64,000 bases of DNA from Raillietiella orientalis (GCA_036172245.1 JAYWIR010000024.1:1054001-1118000); one strand, 5' to 3'; numbered from the stretch's first letter, positions 13,782 through 27,802 are shown. Program-made: numbers and translations. The notes: generated by a model not told the origin, from the sequence alone.

Positions 13782-15559
13782 GTAAGTGAAAGAGCTCAAT
13801 ATGAACGCGCGGATCGCCTTTGGCCTCCGAGGACTTCTAGCCGCGCTGTTCCGTCGCTCTTTGAGTTATGTGGTTCTGAACGAAAGCAGATCGCCATCCA
13901 ACTCTTTCGCGGTTTTTCCGTAACGTTTTTTTTCTTCTCTGTTTTGTTTTGTTTTGCCTCCTCCTCCTTCCTCAGCGCGAATCTCCACGAAACCAGAGCG
14001 TCGACATGCCGGTTCGGTCCAGCTCCCAGGCAAGGAAGGATCTTGCTGGTGGAGTGCCTTTTGCCTCGCCCGTTCCCATAGTGATGATCGCGATTCCGTT
14101 CTCGGCAGCGAGGGGGGCTCTTGTCGAGTGATCTGGCACTCCTGATTTGCTCCGAGGAGGAAGCTGCAGGCTCGCTCGAGAAGTGACAACCTTCGAAACC
14201 TGCGAGTTCCCAGAGAAACACCACTTTGATTCGAACAACGCGCGTATCCTCCCACGGGAAACGTTTCGTTTCTCCCCATCCTACCAGGTCCTGTTGGTAG
14301 CAAGATCGGTTGTATTTACCTCAGAAGCAAAAGGAATTTTGTTGATGCAATTTTGAATTCTTCGTTGGCAAGAGGACCGCACCAATGTTTATGTTTCACG
14401 AAACGTGCGCAGCATTCGAAGGAATGCAAAAAGAGCAGTCTCGTTCGTACCGCGAAGTTCTGCAATCCCGGACGATTGTTCCTCCGGAAAGCGTGCGAGG
14501 GAAGGGAGGGAATCGAAGACTGTCGTGGATAAGCGAGCTGACCAGCTGGAATGATCTCATAGCAACAGTAGCGGTTCAGGTGGAACCGGCTTGCATCCTG
14601 AGGCAGAAATGAATTATGGCGTGAGCGAGCAGCAAAGGCGTTGTCGGGTGTGCGGTTGTCTGAGATGAAGCGAGATGAAGAAGGGATATCGGGCGAAGGC
14701 CAACCCCCTCTCCTCCCTCTCCCCTCCTTTTTTACTTTTTCTTCCCAAAGGAGCAGATCCCATCTCAATCGGTCCCTCCATTCTTCCTCTTTCGGTCAAT
14801 GCACGCTGCCCATCCGTTAGCTGCCAATGTTGAGGAGCGCAAACCCATTCCAAACTGCAAACGGCATGCAGCATCCTTCCCCTGATTCTATTCAGGTAGC
14901 TCGAGCTCACATCTCTGAAGATGCTTCATCCCCGTCATCTCTTTCGGTTGGGTAGCCATTTCGCGGAACTGATCTCTTCTCGATCTTCCCATCTGAGGCG
15001 TTTCTGTCCCTCGTCTCATAAGCCAATTAGGAACGCCCCATTCCGAGTTGATCACCATCTTCCAAGTCATGGAAGTTTGCTGTTGCTGTGGATTTCGTTC
15101 CTGGAGAGAACGCGAGCAAGGGCATTCATTACCAGCAAGCCCTGGAGAGGAGGAACAGGAAGAGGGTGTAAGGTAATGTTTCTTTCAAATACCCTCCTTT
15201 CAAAGAAAGAGAAAATGGTGCGGCAGGAGAACAAAATAGGGAAAAGCTATGGAAGAGAAGGAAGAGGAAAACGCTGCTGATAGCTTGCTGTGAATCTGTG
15301 AGCAGTGAAGGTCTTAAGCATCGTCCAGCCACAAAAGGCACCTTCCACTTGGTCGAACATGCTTTTTATTCTGGATATTCCCCAGAAGTCCAGCCTGGCT
15401 CGATTCGCAGAACGATGTGCAACTTGGACTTTTCTCGTAGGATCCATTCGTCCATCTCGCTTGAAACCCGATTGCGCCTGGACGCTTATTCTCGCGAACA
15501 AATCTTTATAAACTGTGACTGGACCAGTAGTCCAGCCACGCCCTAGATACTGTCAGAGT

Positions 15560-16830
15560 GCCGGGCACCCGGTGCGCAGACCGATGCGGTCGACCTCGGC
15601 AGCAGAGGGGAGGTGGAACGAAACAAAAAGAAAACAAAAAAATAAACAAAACTAGGGAGAGAACGGGAAGGGATCACTGTCTGCTGGGAGGGTCATCCTT
15701 TGAAGGATACCGCAAGCTGTTGCGGCGTATGTGGTTCCAGATGAGGCCATCGCGTCGCCATCCTCAGGAAACGGGCGGCACATACGGTGGCATCCCTGTC
15801 GCTGGTTTCTCCCGTCGCTTTGCTCCATACAGTGACGATCCCGCGTAGGCAGCACAGGGCTGCAAGCGAGGCCGCTGGCGGCAGAGCGTCTCGAACGAAG
15901 AAGGGTCTTAAAGCGTCTCTGGGGTTGCCTCCGGGGATTCCCAGGGCCGCGGCAAAGCGTTCCCAGAGGGGCCGGAGGGCAACACAATCCACTAACAGGT
16001 GGGGGAGGTATTCCCTCTCCCCGCACCTGACATAATTGGGGTTGACAGCCCCCCGCGTCCAGTGGTGTCGGCGGGCGTTGCAAGGGAGACCCAAATGCAA
16101 CACCAGCAGTGCCGACTGTTACCACTCCGTGGGGAGGGTGCGTGAGTCCATGAGAACCGGGGGCCACTTGAGATGTTCCTCCGGAACATCCAGTAGCTCG
16201 CCCCAGCGCAAGAATCCGTGTGGGATGGTACTCGGGGTCGCAGCGTTCGTGAGCTGGCCCCTTCTCCATTCCCCGATCCTTCGCTCCGTACCGGAGATCC
16301 TGATGGTAACCTCCCATTCTGCTGCGATGTCGCTGCCTAGATGGTCCTGGAGGTAGTACCGCAGCAAGGGAGGTTCTTGCTGCCCACGCTCTTCTTCGGG
16401 GATCTTCGATGATTTCTCGGAGCGTGCGGTGGGCGTGTGGCCCGAACAGAGCTATTTGCTCGTGTTGCGGGCTTTGCTCCTGTCATCGCCCACGTGCGAA
16501 CGGTTTCCTGCAGCCAGGCAGCACCGTTCGCGGGGCGTACGAAGATCGATCCCGTGATGGTCTTGACGAGTTTGGCCGCCCTCCGAAGCTGTAGTCCGCA
16601 GTGGCAGATGGGGCTTCGGAGTGCAAGGTAGGACGAAAGCCCCGCGTTGCTGGTGGCCTGCTCGACGAGAAGACGTGCAGGGCCGCACCAGGGGGTGCAC
16701 CAGTTCTTCGCCATAAAGGCAATTATCCGGGACTGGAGCTGAAGCCCCAGCCGCTCCAGCGTCAGGAGGCCAAGACCGCCGTCCCGATGCGGAGCTCACA
16801 GGTCCATTCGTCCATCTCGAGACGCGTGCA
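15560..16830 (-). mobile_element. 5'-truncated, decayed L1/Tx1-like LINE ORF2 3' end with zf-RVT (CCHC-type) zinc finger
   Basis: ORF 15693-16103: LHLGLPCNARR...YVRCGERE.LPHLLVDC..LRPLW (first Cys decayed to Tyr). Frameshifted upstream segments and a T-rich 3' UTR on the minus strand. Homologous to 26740-27480. Confidence 0.8.
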
Positions 16831-17689
16831 GTTTCAAGTCTTACGTTCGGTCTTCTTTGCTGGGCTCGCGCACGCAAACGCTGCCTCAATTCGTAGGTGG
16901 TCTCGAACTTTCACGATCTCCCCTCTCCATCTGACACTGGGACCCTCACTATGGAACGTCCGTAATTGAGGGATGGTTGTCATGTGAACTCGCGAAGCTA
17001 ATAGTTTGAAGTTACGGAGCACGTCGATGCATTTCCTGGAAGCTGTCTCCCAGAGAGCACAAGTCTCGTGGCAAGCAAAAAAGCGAAGACGTGAGGGGCT
17101 CCAGTAAATCTGTGCCTTTTGATCTGAGTGCCAAAAATGAGTCGCACTGCTTTTTCCATCAGTTTCATGCTGTTTCAACTTCAAACTGAAAAAGGGAGAC
17201 ACCAACGAGACAACAACTACAGTTTCCTCCGCGCAGCCAGATAATTCGTAGTAGAAGAGAAGCTGATAACGAGGACGGGTGAATGAATGCTCTCCTTAGT
17301 TCCTTCAACGGTAACCCAACGCAGGACCAGCGTCAGAGGACGTTGATGGGCCGAGCTGTTACGATGCCTCGCACAATTACCCAAGTTCCCAACGCACGGA
17401 AAATTTTGATCGTCCATTCCTCTTGAGACAGTTTGGTGTTCCTCCCAGCATTCCAAAGAGCAGTCATCTGTGTCTTCAAAGTGGCTGGATTTGAGATGGC
17501 TCAGTCTGGAAAATAAGAACCTTGAAAACGTAAACTCAAAAGATATGGGATGCTAAGACCCAACATAGACAGAGCTGAAAGATCTTTTCCTAACCTTGTT
17601 GATCGTGCTGAGGTTGCCACGGAATGTACTGGGAGTTTCACTCAAGTTCTGATGCTTGCAATAATGTTGAAAAGTGGATAAAAACAGAT

Positions 17690-17880
17690 GAAGAAGGGAA
17701 TCTCCTCCATCTTGTTTGTCTGTCTCTTTTCCTGAACTCTTCCTGTTATTTGGGATGCTCTTCCATTAAGGGTGATGACCCATCCGATGTTTCGAGTATA
17801 TGTCTCAGGAGGAGTGTTGGATGTCCGAGTACACCATTTCTTTTTTGATGTGACGTGCCCCTGTTTCCTGGAGATTTCCC
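17690..17880 (-). mobile_element. Possible decayed RTE-clade LINE C-terminus
   Basis: Frameshifted LRHIL...ITGRVQEKR..RQTRW resembles GHI.R...I.G.VEGKR.RGR...RW. Confidence 0.3.
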
Positions 17881-20329
17881 ATACCCCCAACCCTTCGTCA
17901 TTTCTCGGATCCCATGATCCCAGAGATCTAATTAGAATCGCTCTTACGGCAGCGAATGCTCCATTGCAGCCGTTCCTTGCTCTCCTTCCAGAGCTGGAGC
18001 TTCTGTCTATCATCTCCCAACGATGTTCAGGAACTCTTTCAAGGGCAGTCGACGTCTAGCATAGCTGACTTCCCTTCACAGAGCCACTAAGCCTGGCTTT
18101 AACTTCTATTCCCGGAATGACCTCGCTGGAGGCCAATAACTCCCAGTGTTATCAGAGTAGCCTTCTTGATCTGGAGGAAGTGTTCTCATGCCACAGTGTT
18201 TCAGAATCGGTCTTAAAAGACTGAGGAGACCAAGGGGAACACCATCAGAAGACACCTGAGCTGAAAAGCTCGTTTTCACCGGAGTGTGAAAATCCTCGTG
18301 TCTGATTCTACCATCCGAGAAAGTACGTTTGATCGAAGCAGAAATGGAAAGGCGACCTTGTGAAAGAGTGAATCTCGAAGAAGAGGAATGGTTCTCTGTA
18401 GCGAAAGTGAAAGTGCCGAGCTCACGAATCACCAGCTGCCATTGAACTACTGCGTCAAGTTACTCTTCTCAGTGAAATCAACCTCTTGCATCCGTGGCTT
18501 CATGCACCCAATGTAGCAATCCCACTGCACACGAAAGAGGAAGAGGAAAATGACTAGAGGGGCAATTTCTCACCGTACCGAACTGAAGGGTTTGTGTTAC
18601 GAATTTCGAAAGTGCGGAGATGTGGAGAATTCACTTTGGAAGGCTGTGCTCTGGGGGGCGAGCTTAAGCATCAGCTCTTCATAGAAACGAGAAGGGACGA
18701 AGAAAATTTGAATAGGGGGCACTTGCAGCAAATTATGTCTGTCGGGACACGTTTGGATGGTCCTTGGTGATGAGAATAACGTCTCATATCGGTTTCATTC
18801 ACGGTGTGAAATCATGGAGATTTCGAAAGGTTTCTTTTCTGCTCACCGTCGCAGAATCGGGGCTGCGAATCCCGATTTCTAAATCGAGAAAAATTCCACT
18901 GAGTTTGCAATTAGGGACGCAAGGGCGGCTTTCACAACTTGCCTGTCAATTGCGAACTTCGTCACATGGAAACAAACAGGTGTGAGAAGTACATCATGCG
19001 TACTTAGAAATAATGACGAAGAGGCGTTTTGGCTAACCAGAGCTCTCAGCAGAGCACAGTCAGCCGATGGCAATGGCAGCTAGGATAGGTAAGGCTGGTA
19101 AAAATAGGGAGTGGTGATTTGAAAACAATGTGCGGGAGTTATGGAAGCAAACGATGCTTCTCTTGGAGGATTCACCGTGAACGCAAATATCTCGAGTGGA
19201 CAAACACGAAATAACATCTAGCTTGCTTAAGATACTTCGATCTCAAAACTGAATCTAGCTATTATCGGGAGGGCTGCTCTATTATGACAAGAATCTCAAC
19301 TGTAGAGGCATTTTCGTTCTCATTTGCGGAAATGCACATCCCCACTGCAATTAGAGAAAACCTCGTTTGGCACATCCATGATCTATCTGCCTGCTTCCCA
19401 TTTTCGAAGGCTTCGATTCTTCTAGAATGATGGGTTCCCTCCCCCCATCCCCTGAATCTCAACATACTCCGGGTCTCTCAAGACTTGATCTGCATTATCA
19501 TTATCATCAGCCCTTGTGATTTTTCGGAGGCTGAGATGCTGTTCTTTCCTTCTTAGGGGAGCGATTTTTGGTTTTTATCAGGATCAGAAACGAGTAGGAC
19601 ACTGACAACGCGAGCAGGTTATCTCAGCTCTGGAAGTTCTATACTTCGACAGAAGCCGGAAACTTTTTTCAAGTTTGGATTTGGAATCTAAACTTGGAAA
19701 ACAGTCACTATCCAATAAATCAGCTAAACAAGGACAAATTTCGAAGAAGTCTCGTTCATGATGGCTCTGTTCAACGTACAAAGTCACCAAACTGCTCTTC
19801 GCCTTTGGATTAAAACTGAGACTTGCATCAGATTAAAGGAATTTGCGGTACTCAGAAGGAGTTGAGAATCTCCCGGATCATTTTAGTAAGACAAATGGGA
19901 TTCATTTCGTCTCCAAAGTGAGGAGAGCCGTTCTCTTGAAGAACCTCAGTTGGTTCTTCAAGACGGACTTTTTCTCCGTGCCAACTACTGGCTCGCTACC
20001 CCCGTAGAAAGGAAAACTTTCTTTTGCTAACTTGGACTCTTATTCTTCGATTTCATGACTACCGCTTGCCCTCGTTCCTGGAATTTGGTGCCATGATGTT
20101 CTCCTAAAGAACTCTTGACTGTAATTGCATTTTTCCAGGATAACTTCCGGCTATAAATCTAAACCTCTGTTCTTTCATCCAAAGTCAAAATGAAAGGCCA
20201 CGACTTGAGAGATGCACTTCTCTATACGCTATATGAGTATCCGAAGGATGGGATGGTTTCCGTTATTATGGGATAGGGTGATCCCGAAAATACCAACATC
20301 CTTCGAGCCTACGAAATTTCACGGAGGAA

Positions 20330-21330
20330 GAGATGCGTTCTTTGAAACACTTGCTGCCGATTCTATTCTCTGAATGAGATGCTGAACAACCAAGTCATTG
20401 AAAAAAAAATACTTCAAATGGAAATTTTTTCGCCGCCGTATTAACCACAATCTTCCTAGTTGTCCTCGCTGCAGTAGGTGGCTTGGGAGATCAGCCACCT
20501 CCGCCTATGCTAGGGCTGACTTCTTTCCTCAGCCTTTTCACAATATTCAGGACATTATACCCAAGAGGACCAAGAGCAGGACGGACTCTGCTCACCGATT
20601 ACAAAAACGTCCTTATGAGATGGCAAGAGTTTGGCGCTCTTCGGTGGTTTCTTTCGAGGCTACAAAAGCTTCATTCAGGTGTTCTCCCTCGGAGAGGATG
20701 ATCAGGCTATCATTGGGTTGCTAAAAATTCCAGAAGACATGATTTCTAGTCGTGAGGAATCATGTCAGTAAAGCATCGATTTGGTAAAAAAAACAAACGA
20801 GATTGCAGTGGCTCAACGGCTTCTCTCTCTTTGTTCCGGCTTTGACCTTCCAAATGCACTTTGATCACCAGTTTTGTCCTGGATCATGAAGAACGTTGCG
20901 CTTTCGAGGAGAAAAATCCGTGTCTAGAGGGGGATCCACAACAAGTACTCGAGAAAGTCTATCGCTATCGTGATCTAAGAGGATGTTCATCAGGGTTCCA
21001 GCGCTGAGAAGGCCATTATTCGAAAGTAGTTGCGGTTATCCTTCACTCTCCGGAAGGCTTCACAGCGAGCGAATGTCTTTGCGACATGTAGAAAGCGGAG
21101 AATCAGAAAAGCATTAATTGTGAGGAACCGTCTGACATATCTTCCAGACGGAGAGGACAAGTGGACAAATTCCGTGTTTCGGCGCAGCAGTTCGAGGAAC
21201 CATTCACCAAGCGATTCTCTTTTCTTGGAGGAAACGGTTCCTTGGAGCACCATGAAGCAAATGCTTAAGAAAATACGACGCGCTGCGGAACCAAGACCAT
21301 TGCAAAATGGGATATCCTTCTAGCCAATCA
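20330..21330 (+). mobile_element. Possible heavily decayed LINE reverse transcriptase
   Basis: Ordered weak motifs RTDSAHRL..VVSFEATKA (cf. STTD..RL...D..KAFD), DVHQGS (cf. GVPQGS) and VPWS, with many stops and frameshifts. Confidence 0.3.
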
Positions 21331-24329
21331 CCTGTCTGATGACCGTTCTGACCCTAAAATTGGGCATCACTATCTTTACTCCTTTTCCAGCTTCCTGTAA
21401 ACCTTCGCATAATAGGAGAAAGCTACTGTATTCAAGGGTTCCGAACCCTTTGATGCTCGAGGATGGCATCGTAACCGACGGCATCAATCCTCAATCGCTT
21501 GCTTTCGTAGTTAAGGAGTGCATCTCGTTATCTCCTCCAGCACCTCCTGAAGAGTTTTCCTGAGGAAAATGCTAGGGTAGCAGGAAAAGAACGCCCTCGA
21601 AAGTCTCTCAAGTGTCTCATAGATCGGAAGAAAAGGTTCAAGTAAACTTACTGGCTTTTCTTAGGCCGCCAAGCATCCTTGGAGGTTTTCACGTATTCTA
21701 AATATTATCACTTCCCGGATGCTCGGAGTTTTTCACTGATGCTCAATGAGCTGAAGCGACTCAAAATTGTTGATTTCTTGGTTTCCGCTTCCATTCTTGC
21801 GGTTAAACTCGGATTTGCCTTCCCTCTCATGCTGTATATGAGATCTTCCGACTCTGAGAGGCTCGTGAAACTTATCCTTTCAAAGTTGATCCTTTCAACT
21901 TTATCCTTTTGCTTCCTGCAGATTACTTTCGGAACCTTGAATGGTCCTAAGCGCCATCAGGATGGAGGGTGTGAAAATGTACGGATCTCGTCTTGCTCCA
22001 CATCACTCATTCCATAAAGGGTGAAACGGTGGAGCGAAAGAGAGCCGCCTGCAGAATTCATCCTCGCGTGGCCTGGACCGACTTCAGTTTCATTTTCCAC
22101 ATTTCTTAAATGGCAAAGTCGGGAAGCGAATGCTGGAATTTTCCTTCGGAGCAATTTTCGAAAACACACACAGGGTACTCGTCTTTGTTTCCGACGACCA
22201 CGGCTGCGACAAGTGCATTTCCTCCCGTCTCTTCGACATCTCGCATCCGCTTCTGAAACACAGTCGTTGTTTGCCTTATTAAGGCGGAGAGATCCCAATC
22301 AAACAAAGTATCCTTTTGTCCGAAATTCTCATTCTCGAAACTGATACCGCCGCTCTTTTGTTCCTCAGAGAGAATAAGCGTTTTTTGAAAAGCATTCCAT
22401 CTTCCCAGATCCTGGATGGAATTTCTCTCTTCCTTTGAGCGCGTGCTAAAATCTTTGGACACAGTTTCTTCCGCTTTCTGATCTTGAGACGACTAAACGA
22501 TCACGGCTTGAGATTACGTAGGAGAGAGAAGGGAACATCGATCTACGTTTCGGCAGCGTTGCTTCCGGGCTGAAGAGCGGTGCTGAAGAATGCTCTGACC
22601 TCAACCGCAAGATTTGGAGGACTAAATAAAAGGAATGCAAGGGAGAGAGGGGGATTTTCCACGATTCGCATTATGTCCTCGACCTCTCCCCGCTTTTTCG
22701 GTCACGACGCAGTTACACGGCGGATGCTGAAGGGCAGCGGTGCCCTCGCGGTCAGAAACTGGGGCTCCCGCCGGGGTCCGAACCAGAGGCCTTGCTTTCA
22801 GCTCCGAGGGCTTTTGCAGCTGGACCGAGCCCGTCCGGAAGCACTGCAGAAGCGTCCCCCACGCTGGAGGTTCACTCGCTTCTTGCGCTTCGAATACGGC
22901 CTGCTCTCGGCCTCGTTCTGGAGGTGTTCCGGACGGTGCTCCAAGTGAATGAGCTCAGGCTCTGTGTACCACGAGTTCATTCTGTACGGGGTCCAGTGGA
23001 TTTGCGTCGGGAGGCTTCAGATTTAAACAGGAGAACGTACCAAAAGATGCCTTGCGCTAAACGAAGGCGTAGAAAATAAAGGTCAGCGTGCGCATGGCTA
23101 GAATGTGCGTACACATGTGTACGTTTTTTTTTTTTTTTTTTCGGAAAAACGACCTTGAATTTACACTTAGCTTGCTCGCATGCACATGAATCACAGTGTG
23201 GCCAGAAACCTTCTACTGCTTATCACAAACAACGCTCGGGAGGAATTGTCTGCAGCCACCATGAACGGAAAAGCACGTGGTCACATTCCCGATTAAAGAT
23301 TCATTAGTGCACGCTCATTAGCAGCAGTGAGCGGAAGTGAGGACGTGGAAGGAGGATGGGCGAGGTGAATTCGCATATTTTGAAGAAAAACGAGAAACCC
23401 CACGTCAGTTCTGCCGACTTCTGCGTTTCTGGCTCCGGATTCAGAGAGCAAAAGAAAAGAAAGAAGAAGGAAGGGGTTCAGGAAAAAGTTTGCAAGCGTG
23501 CAAGAAAGTGATGCATGAATGTCGGGAAAAGTTGAGCGCATCAGCGAACATCTTGTAAGGTGCATCTTGTTTTCGCACACGTATTCACGTGATCTTCCGA
23601 TTGAGAAACCCGTCCGAAGAAATGGAGACGGAGAACGCAAGGTCGAAAAACAAAAAACATTCCACCAGTACTTGAGGGGAATGTTTGTCGATCCCTTTCT
23701 GTGCTTCTGCGGGGCGGCGTGGACAAACAAACGCTGGCAACTTGAACGTTGCAGCACGCGTGCACGAATTCACCTTGCGTGTGGATGGATCTCGTTGAGT
23801 GGCGCTGCATCCACTAGACCCGTTGCCCCTTCCTGCCTCGAGAAAAGCTGCTGTAAGTCTCTCTCGTTTCTGTGTTGCAACCTCTCCCACTTCCTAAATA
23901 GAGCGCACCCCTTGAATACCTATTCGCCCCCTCGTTCTCGCGGGAATCCGAAATTTTCTTTTTGTTTTGCTTTCATTTCTTTGCATCTTTCGCGCTGACC
24001 TTCCAGCGGCGTTTGCACCATCACGAGGAAGCTGCGCGTGAGTTTGCTGCACCCCGTCGAGATCCGAATTCGTGCTCACCGCGTTCAATCCGAAGACTTT
24101 TCATCTGCCCCACCTCGTCTCCAGCTTCACGTCTCATCTGCCTTTCATCACTCCCACTCGAGGAAATGGGTCGGCTGGGGTTTGCACGAGCCACCGCTTC
24201 CGTGTGTCCACGCAGCTTCACGCTGCAGTTCTTCCGATCTGCTCACTCGGCAGATTGGCGCGCGTTTCTTTTTTTTCGTTTCGGCTGCTGAATCACTGGA
24301 ACGTTTCGCCGGCAGGATCGCTCAAGGTC

Positions 24330-24680
24330 ACGGCCGCGTGGCTGAGGTCTCAGTGCGTGGCATGGGGAGCATCGCGGGTTCCAATCCCCACGTAAAGTGG
24401 GGTGGTGGTGGTGCATCGTGTGGGTTTACAGTCCTCCCCGCAAGATGACTCTGGCTGGCCCGTAAGGCTTCGAGTGAGGCACTGGTTGATGCCCAGTCAC
24501 GCCGAGGCGTTCGAACTGGTGGACGTCGGAAACCGGATGTCCCTCGTCGACTAACCGGAATCTGGAGTAGGAGTTCCGGGGTCCTTCCAGGACTTACAGA
24601 GAGCTTCAGTGAGGTCCTTCAGAGGAGCGAATAGGGAGAGGTTCCCCTTCGGAGAGAATGAGGAAGAGTTCCCCTCCAAT
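24330..24680 (+). mobile_element. tRNA-derived SINE, copy C (older, divergent)
   Basis: cggccgcgtggctgaggtctcag...gcgggttccaatcccc head; gtgcatcgtgtgggttt and ggaaaccggatgtccc body matches. Confidence 0.7.
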
Positions 24681-25156
24681 CAGGGTCAGGTCCACAGGCA
24701 CGTCGTTGTTGTTACGGGCAACGATCAGAGAGCTCCGTTCGCCGCATCACCCTTCTGTCCGGATGCGTTCGCGCGCCCGTGTTCGAAGACGTCGGGGAGG
24801 ACAAGAAAAGGGGGGCAGGAAGGGGGGGAGAAGCTTGCTGCATCTCTCGTCCCCTAGTCACCCGACGTTTGCATACGTGCAATCTCTCTTCCGAGTTTTC
24901 GCGACTGCCTCCCGATGCTTCGCTTCTCTCTGCTGCCCAGAGGCAGCGAATTTAGGGGCGAGGCATTGGGAGCCGGATTCGTACCTTGTTGGCTCACAGT
25001 TTTGCACCCTTCCGGAACTGCTGGTCGCTGTCTACTGGGACACCAATAGGAGCAGCGCTGCATTTACATTTTTCATTACTCGATAAGATCTGAAGTTGGC
25101 ATTCATGCATACGTTATGCGTATATATACACATATACACATACATGTGTATTCACG

Positions 25157-25160
<4 letters not shown>

Positions 25161-25217
<57 letters not shown>
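25161..25217. repeat. (TA)~28 microsatellite
   Basis: Perfect TA run. Confidence 0.98.
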
Positions 25218-25225
<8 letters not shown>

Positions 25226-26180
25226 CACACGTACACATCTGTGACACATTACGCCTTTGCTTGTTTCTGTTCACTTTTAATGGAAGTCTGAAATGGAAAC
25301 GGTTCGTAGCAACACTGCGAGGATGAAACACTGCTGTTGTTTATTAAAAGACAGCTCGAGTTCACTGGTGTTCACCTTTGATGGCGCGCGCCGTTCGAAA
25401 GAGAAACGGAACAACGAAATGTTTCCTTGCACTGCTTCCGAAAAACGTTGCAACCTCTTTGCCGAAACTTTCCTCAAAGGATGAGTTTTCCCAGCGCTGC
25501 TCGCTGTGTACCTGGATCTCGAGTTCGTCCCCTGTACATGCCTGAGGAAAAAGAGACATCGGGAGCACACGAATTCATTTACAAGATGGCGTTCTTTCTT
25601 TTCCCCCCCCCCCCCCTCTCCTCTTTTAATCTGTCGAATTCGAATCTTGGAACGTTCGTGTTTTCCACTTGGAAGGCAAGGATCTTGGTCTGGGAACGTG
25701 TTTTCGGTCCATTATCCTTGAAACACATTCATATTTAAATACGTTTTCCCCTTTGCATAATAGCAGCATCAGTTTCGGGAGACACTTTTAGCATTCATCG
25801 CTCTTCACGAAGAACGGAGTGCAAAACCCTCTAGCACAGAGAGTGCAGCGGCACCCGCCGCTGGCGCCACGGTCGCTAAGGCTCGAGCCAATCGCGCGGT
25901 CTTCCCCGTCGAAGTGGCGATGGAAACGAAGGTGCAGCCTTAACGTCCGGGCTCTTTGGCGATTTGTGCTGTCTCGCAAACACGTGTGCTTGTTTGCACG
26001 TGGACATGTGTGTTTACTTTGCCCCTTTCCGATTCTATCGAGATGCTCCTTCATAGGCGAATTCGCGTTATTTATTTATTTATTTTTTTAAATTTGGCAT
26101 GCACTTTTCGTTCTGGGACAGGGGATTTGGGCGCTCTGTGCTGACGTTGTCGTAACTTCCTACGCAGAGCGAAATACGGC

Positions 26181-26278
26181 TTCCCCCTCCCTCCCCATCT
26201 CTGAGCACGGTATGGGAACTTGCAGTGCTGCTACTCCCGGTAAAGTTCCCGCTGAAAGGTGTGGGGAGGGAGGAGGAA
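26181..26278. repeat. Nested inverted repeat / fold-back
   Basis: Outer arms ttccccctccctcccca / tggggagggaggaggaa (16 of 17 complementary); inner arms gggaactt / aagttccc. Confidence 0.7.
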
Positions 26279-26739
26279 GGAGGGGGAACCTGTAGACGAC
26301 CGCTCTGGAAACACGGGAGACAGGGAGGAACCTGGTCATTCAGGCGTGGAGATGGGTCCCAGGAAATGAAGTGCGCGCGAGTTTTCCTGTGACCTCCTCG
26401 GCTGGAACAAGGACGAAAGAGCTACGGTGTCGGGAGGAAGGACCGATTTCCGGAAACACCCTTTGCAAGGAACGACTCAAACACCGCAAGACCTCGGAGC
26501 CCCGAAGCACCTGGCTGGTGGTCGTCTCGCGGGCGGCTTCTTCTCGCTGAGGTATCGAATAGCGGGAACGGGGTAAGCGGGAAGGTTTCTGGATACTTCC
26601 CGGCATCCAGATGTCGGGCGTCGGGCGAGGGGAGGATTGAGGCTGCGGCCGCATGCAACGCCTTACCGACCGCTGACTCGCACAGGAAGTGGCGCGGGGA
26701 AGAGGAAGAGGAGAAGACCGTAGGTTAAAACCCGGGGGG

Positions 26740-27480
26740 TCATTTATTTAGGGGAAAATAAGCATTCACGAAAGATTGTGGTTGACCGGTGGTCCAACCA
26801 CGTATGTCTTACCGGGAGCCTGCCGGGTTATTAATTCGCAAACCGGTGAGGTTCGCCACGGCAGCAGGGGGGAGGGAAGCAAGCAAAAATAAAAATGAAG
26901 AAATAAACTTTGAGGTGCGTATGTGGGGGGTGGGGAGAACGGTAAGGGAGGTCCTCAGCATCCTTTGAAGGGTGCCGGCAAGCTCTTGCTGCATAGAGTT
27001 CAGGTGGGGTCATTTCGTTGCCATCCTCATGAAATCGGACGGAGAAGTGGATGTGGTACCCCTGTCTCTCCGTCCTCCCCTTGCATCACTCTAGGCAGCG
27101 AAGATCCCTCGTAGGCAGCAGAGAGAGCTGCTAGCGAAGGGCGCCGTCGCGAGCGAGGAGGGGTCATAAAGCGTCCCTAGAGTTGCCGCCAGGGTGTTCC
27201 CAGGGTCGCGGCGAAGCGTCCCCAGAAGGACCGGAGGGCAACAAGACAATGCACAAGCGGGTGGGGCCGGGATTCGCGCTCCCTGCAACTGGCAGAGAAG
27301 TCCGTGGGCCTTCTGAAGGAGCAGAGGGATTTCGTGATCTTGACTTGAGCAGCGTCCCCACAGAGATATTCCTCGAACCTTTCGTGACGGGGCAGTGGAC
27401 GGCCATGCGGGAATCGAAAAGCTGCTGTGAGAAAGAGTCGACAATCCAGAGGCAGATGGAATCGATGCACTGGTAGATAT
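26740..27480 (-). mobile_element. Second decayed copy of the L1/Tx1-like LINE 3' end
   Basis: Translates to SCRERESRPHPLVHC..LRSFWGRFAATLG and LCCLRGI, and shares catcctttgaagg with the copy at 15.7 kb. Minus-strand AATAAA at 26743-26748. Confidence 0.8.
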
Positions 27481-27802
27481 CGGCAAAGGGACTTAGGAAA
27501 CTTTTACCCCCCCCCCCCAGATAAGGTGTCCAACATGGCGACGTTCACGGTGACGTGGCCGGGAGATATGCTTCAAAGATGTTTTTCAGACATTTAAGGG
27601 ATGTCTGGAGATGAGATCCCGGGATGTGATGCCCGACTTGAGAGATGAGAAAGGAATGTTCTTTCTCAGAGCAAGAGAATTCTGGAGGATCGGTAGGGGA
27701 ACGGGGAGCGTTCCGTGCAAGCATCCATGGGAGAGGACCGAGTCTGGCAAATACTGCTTAGTCACGGAAGAGAGAGCTCGCTGAGACCGCAGCCACACGG
27801 CA

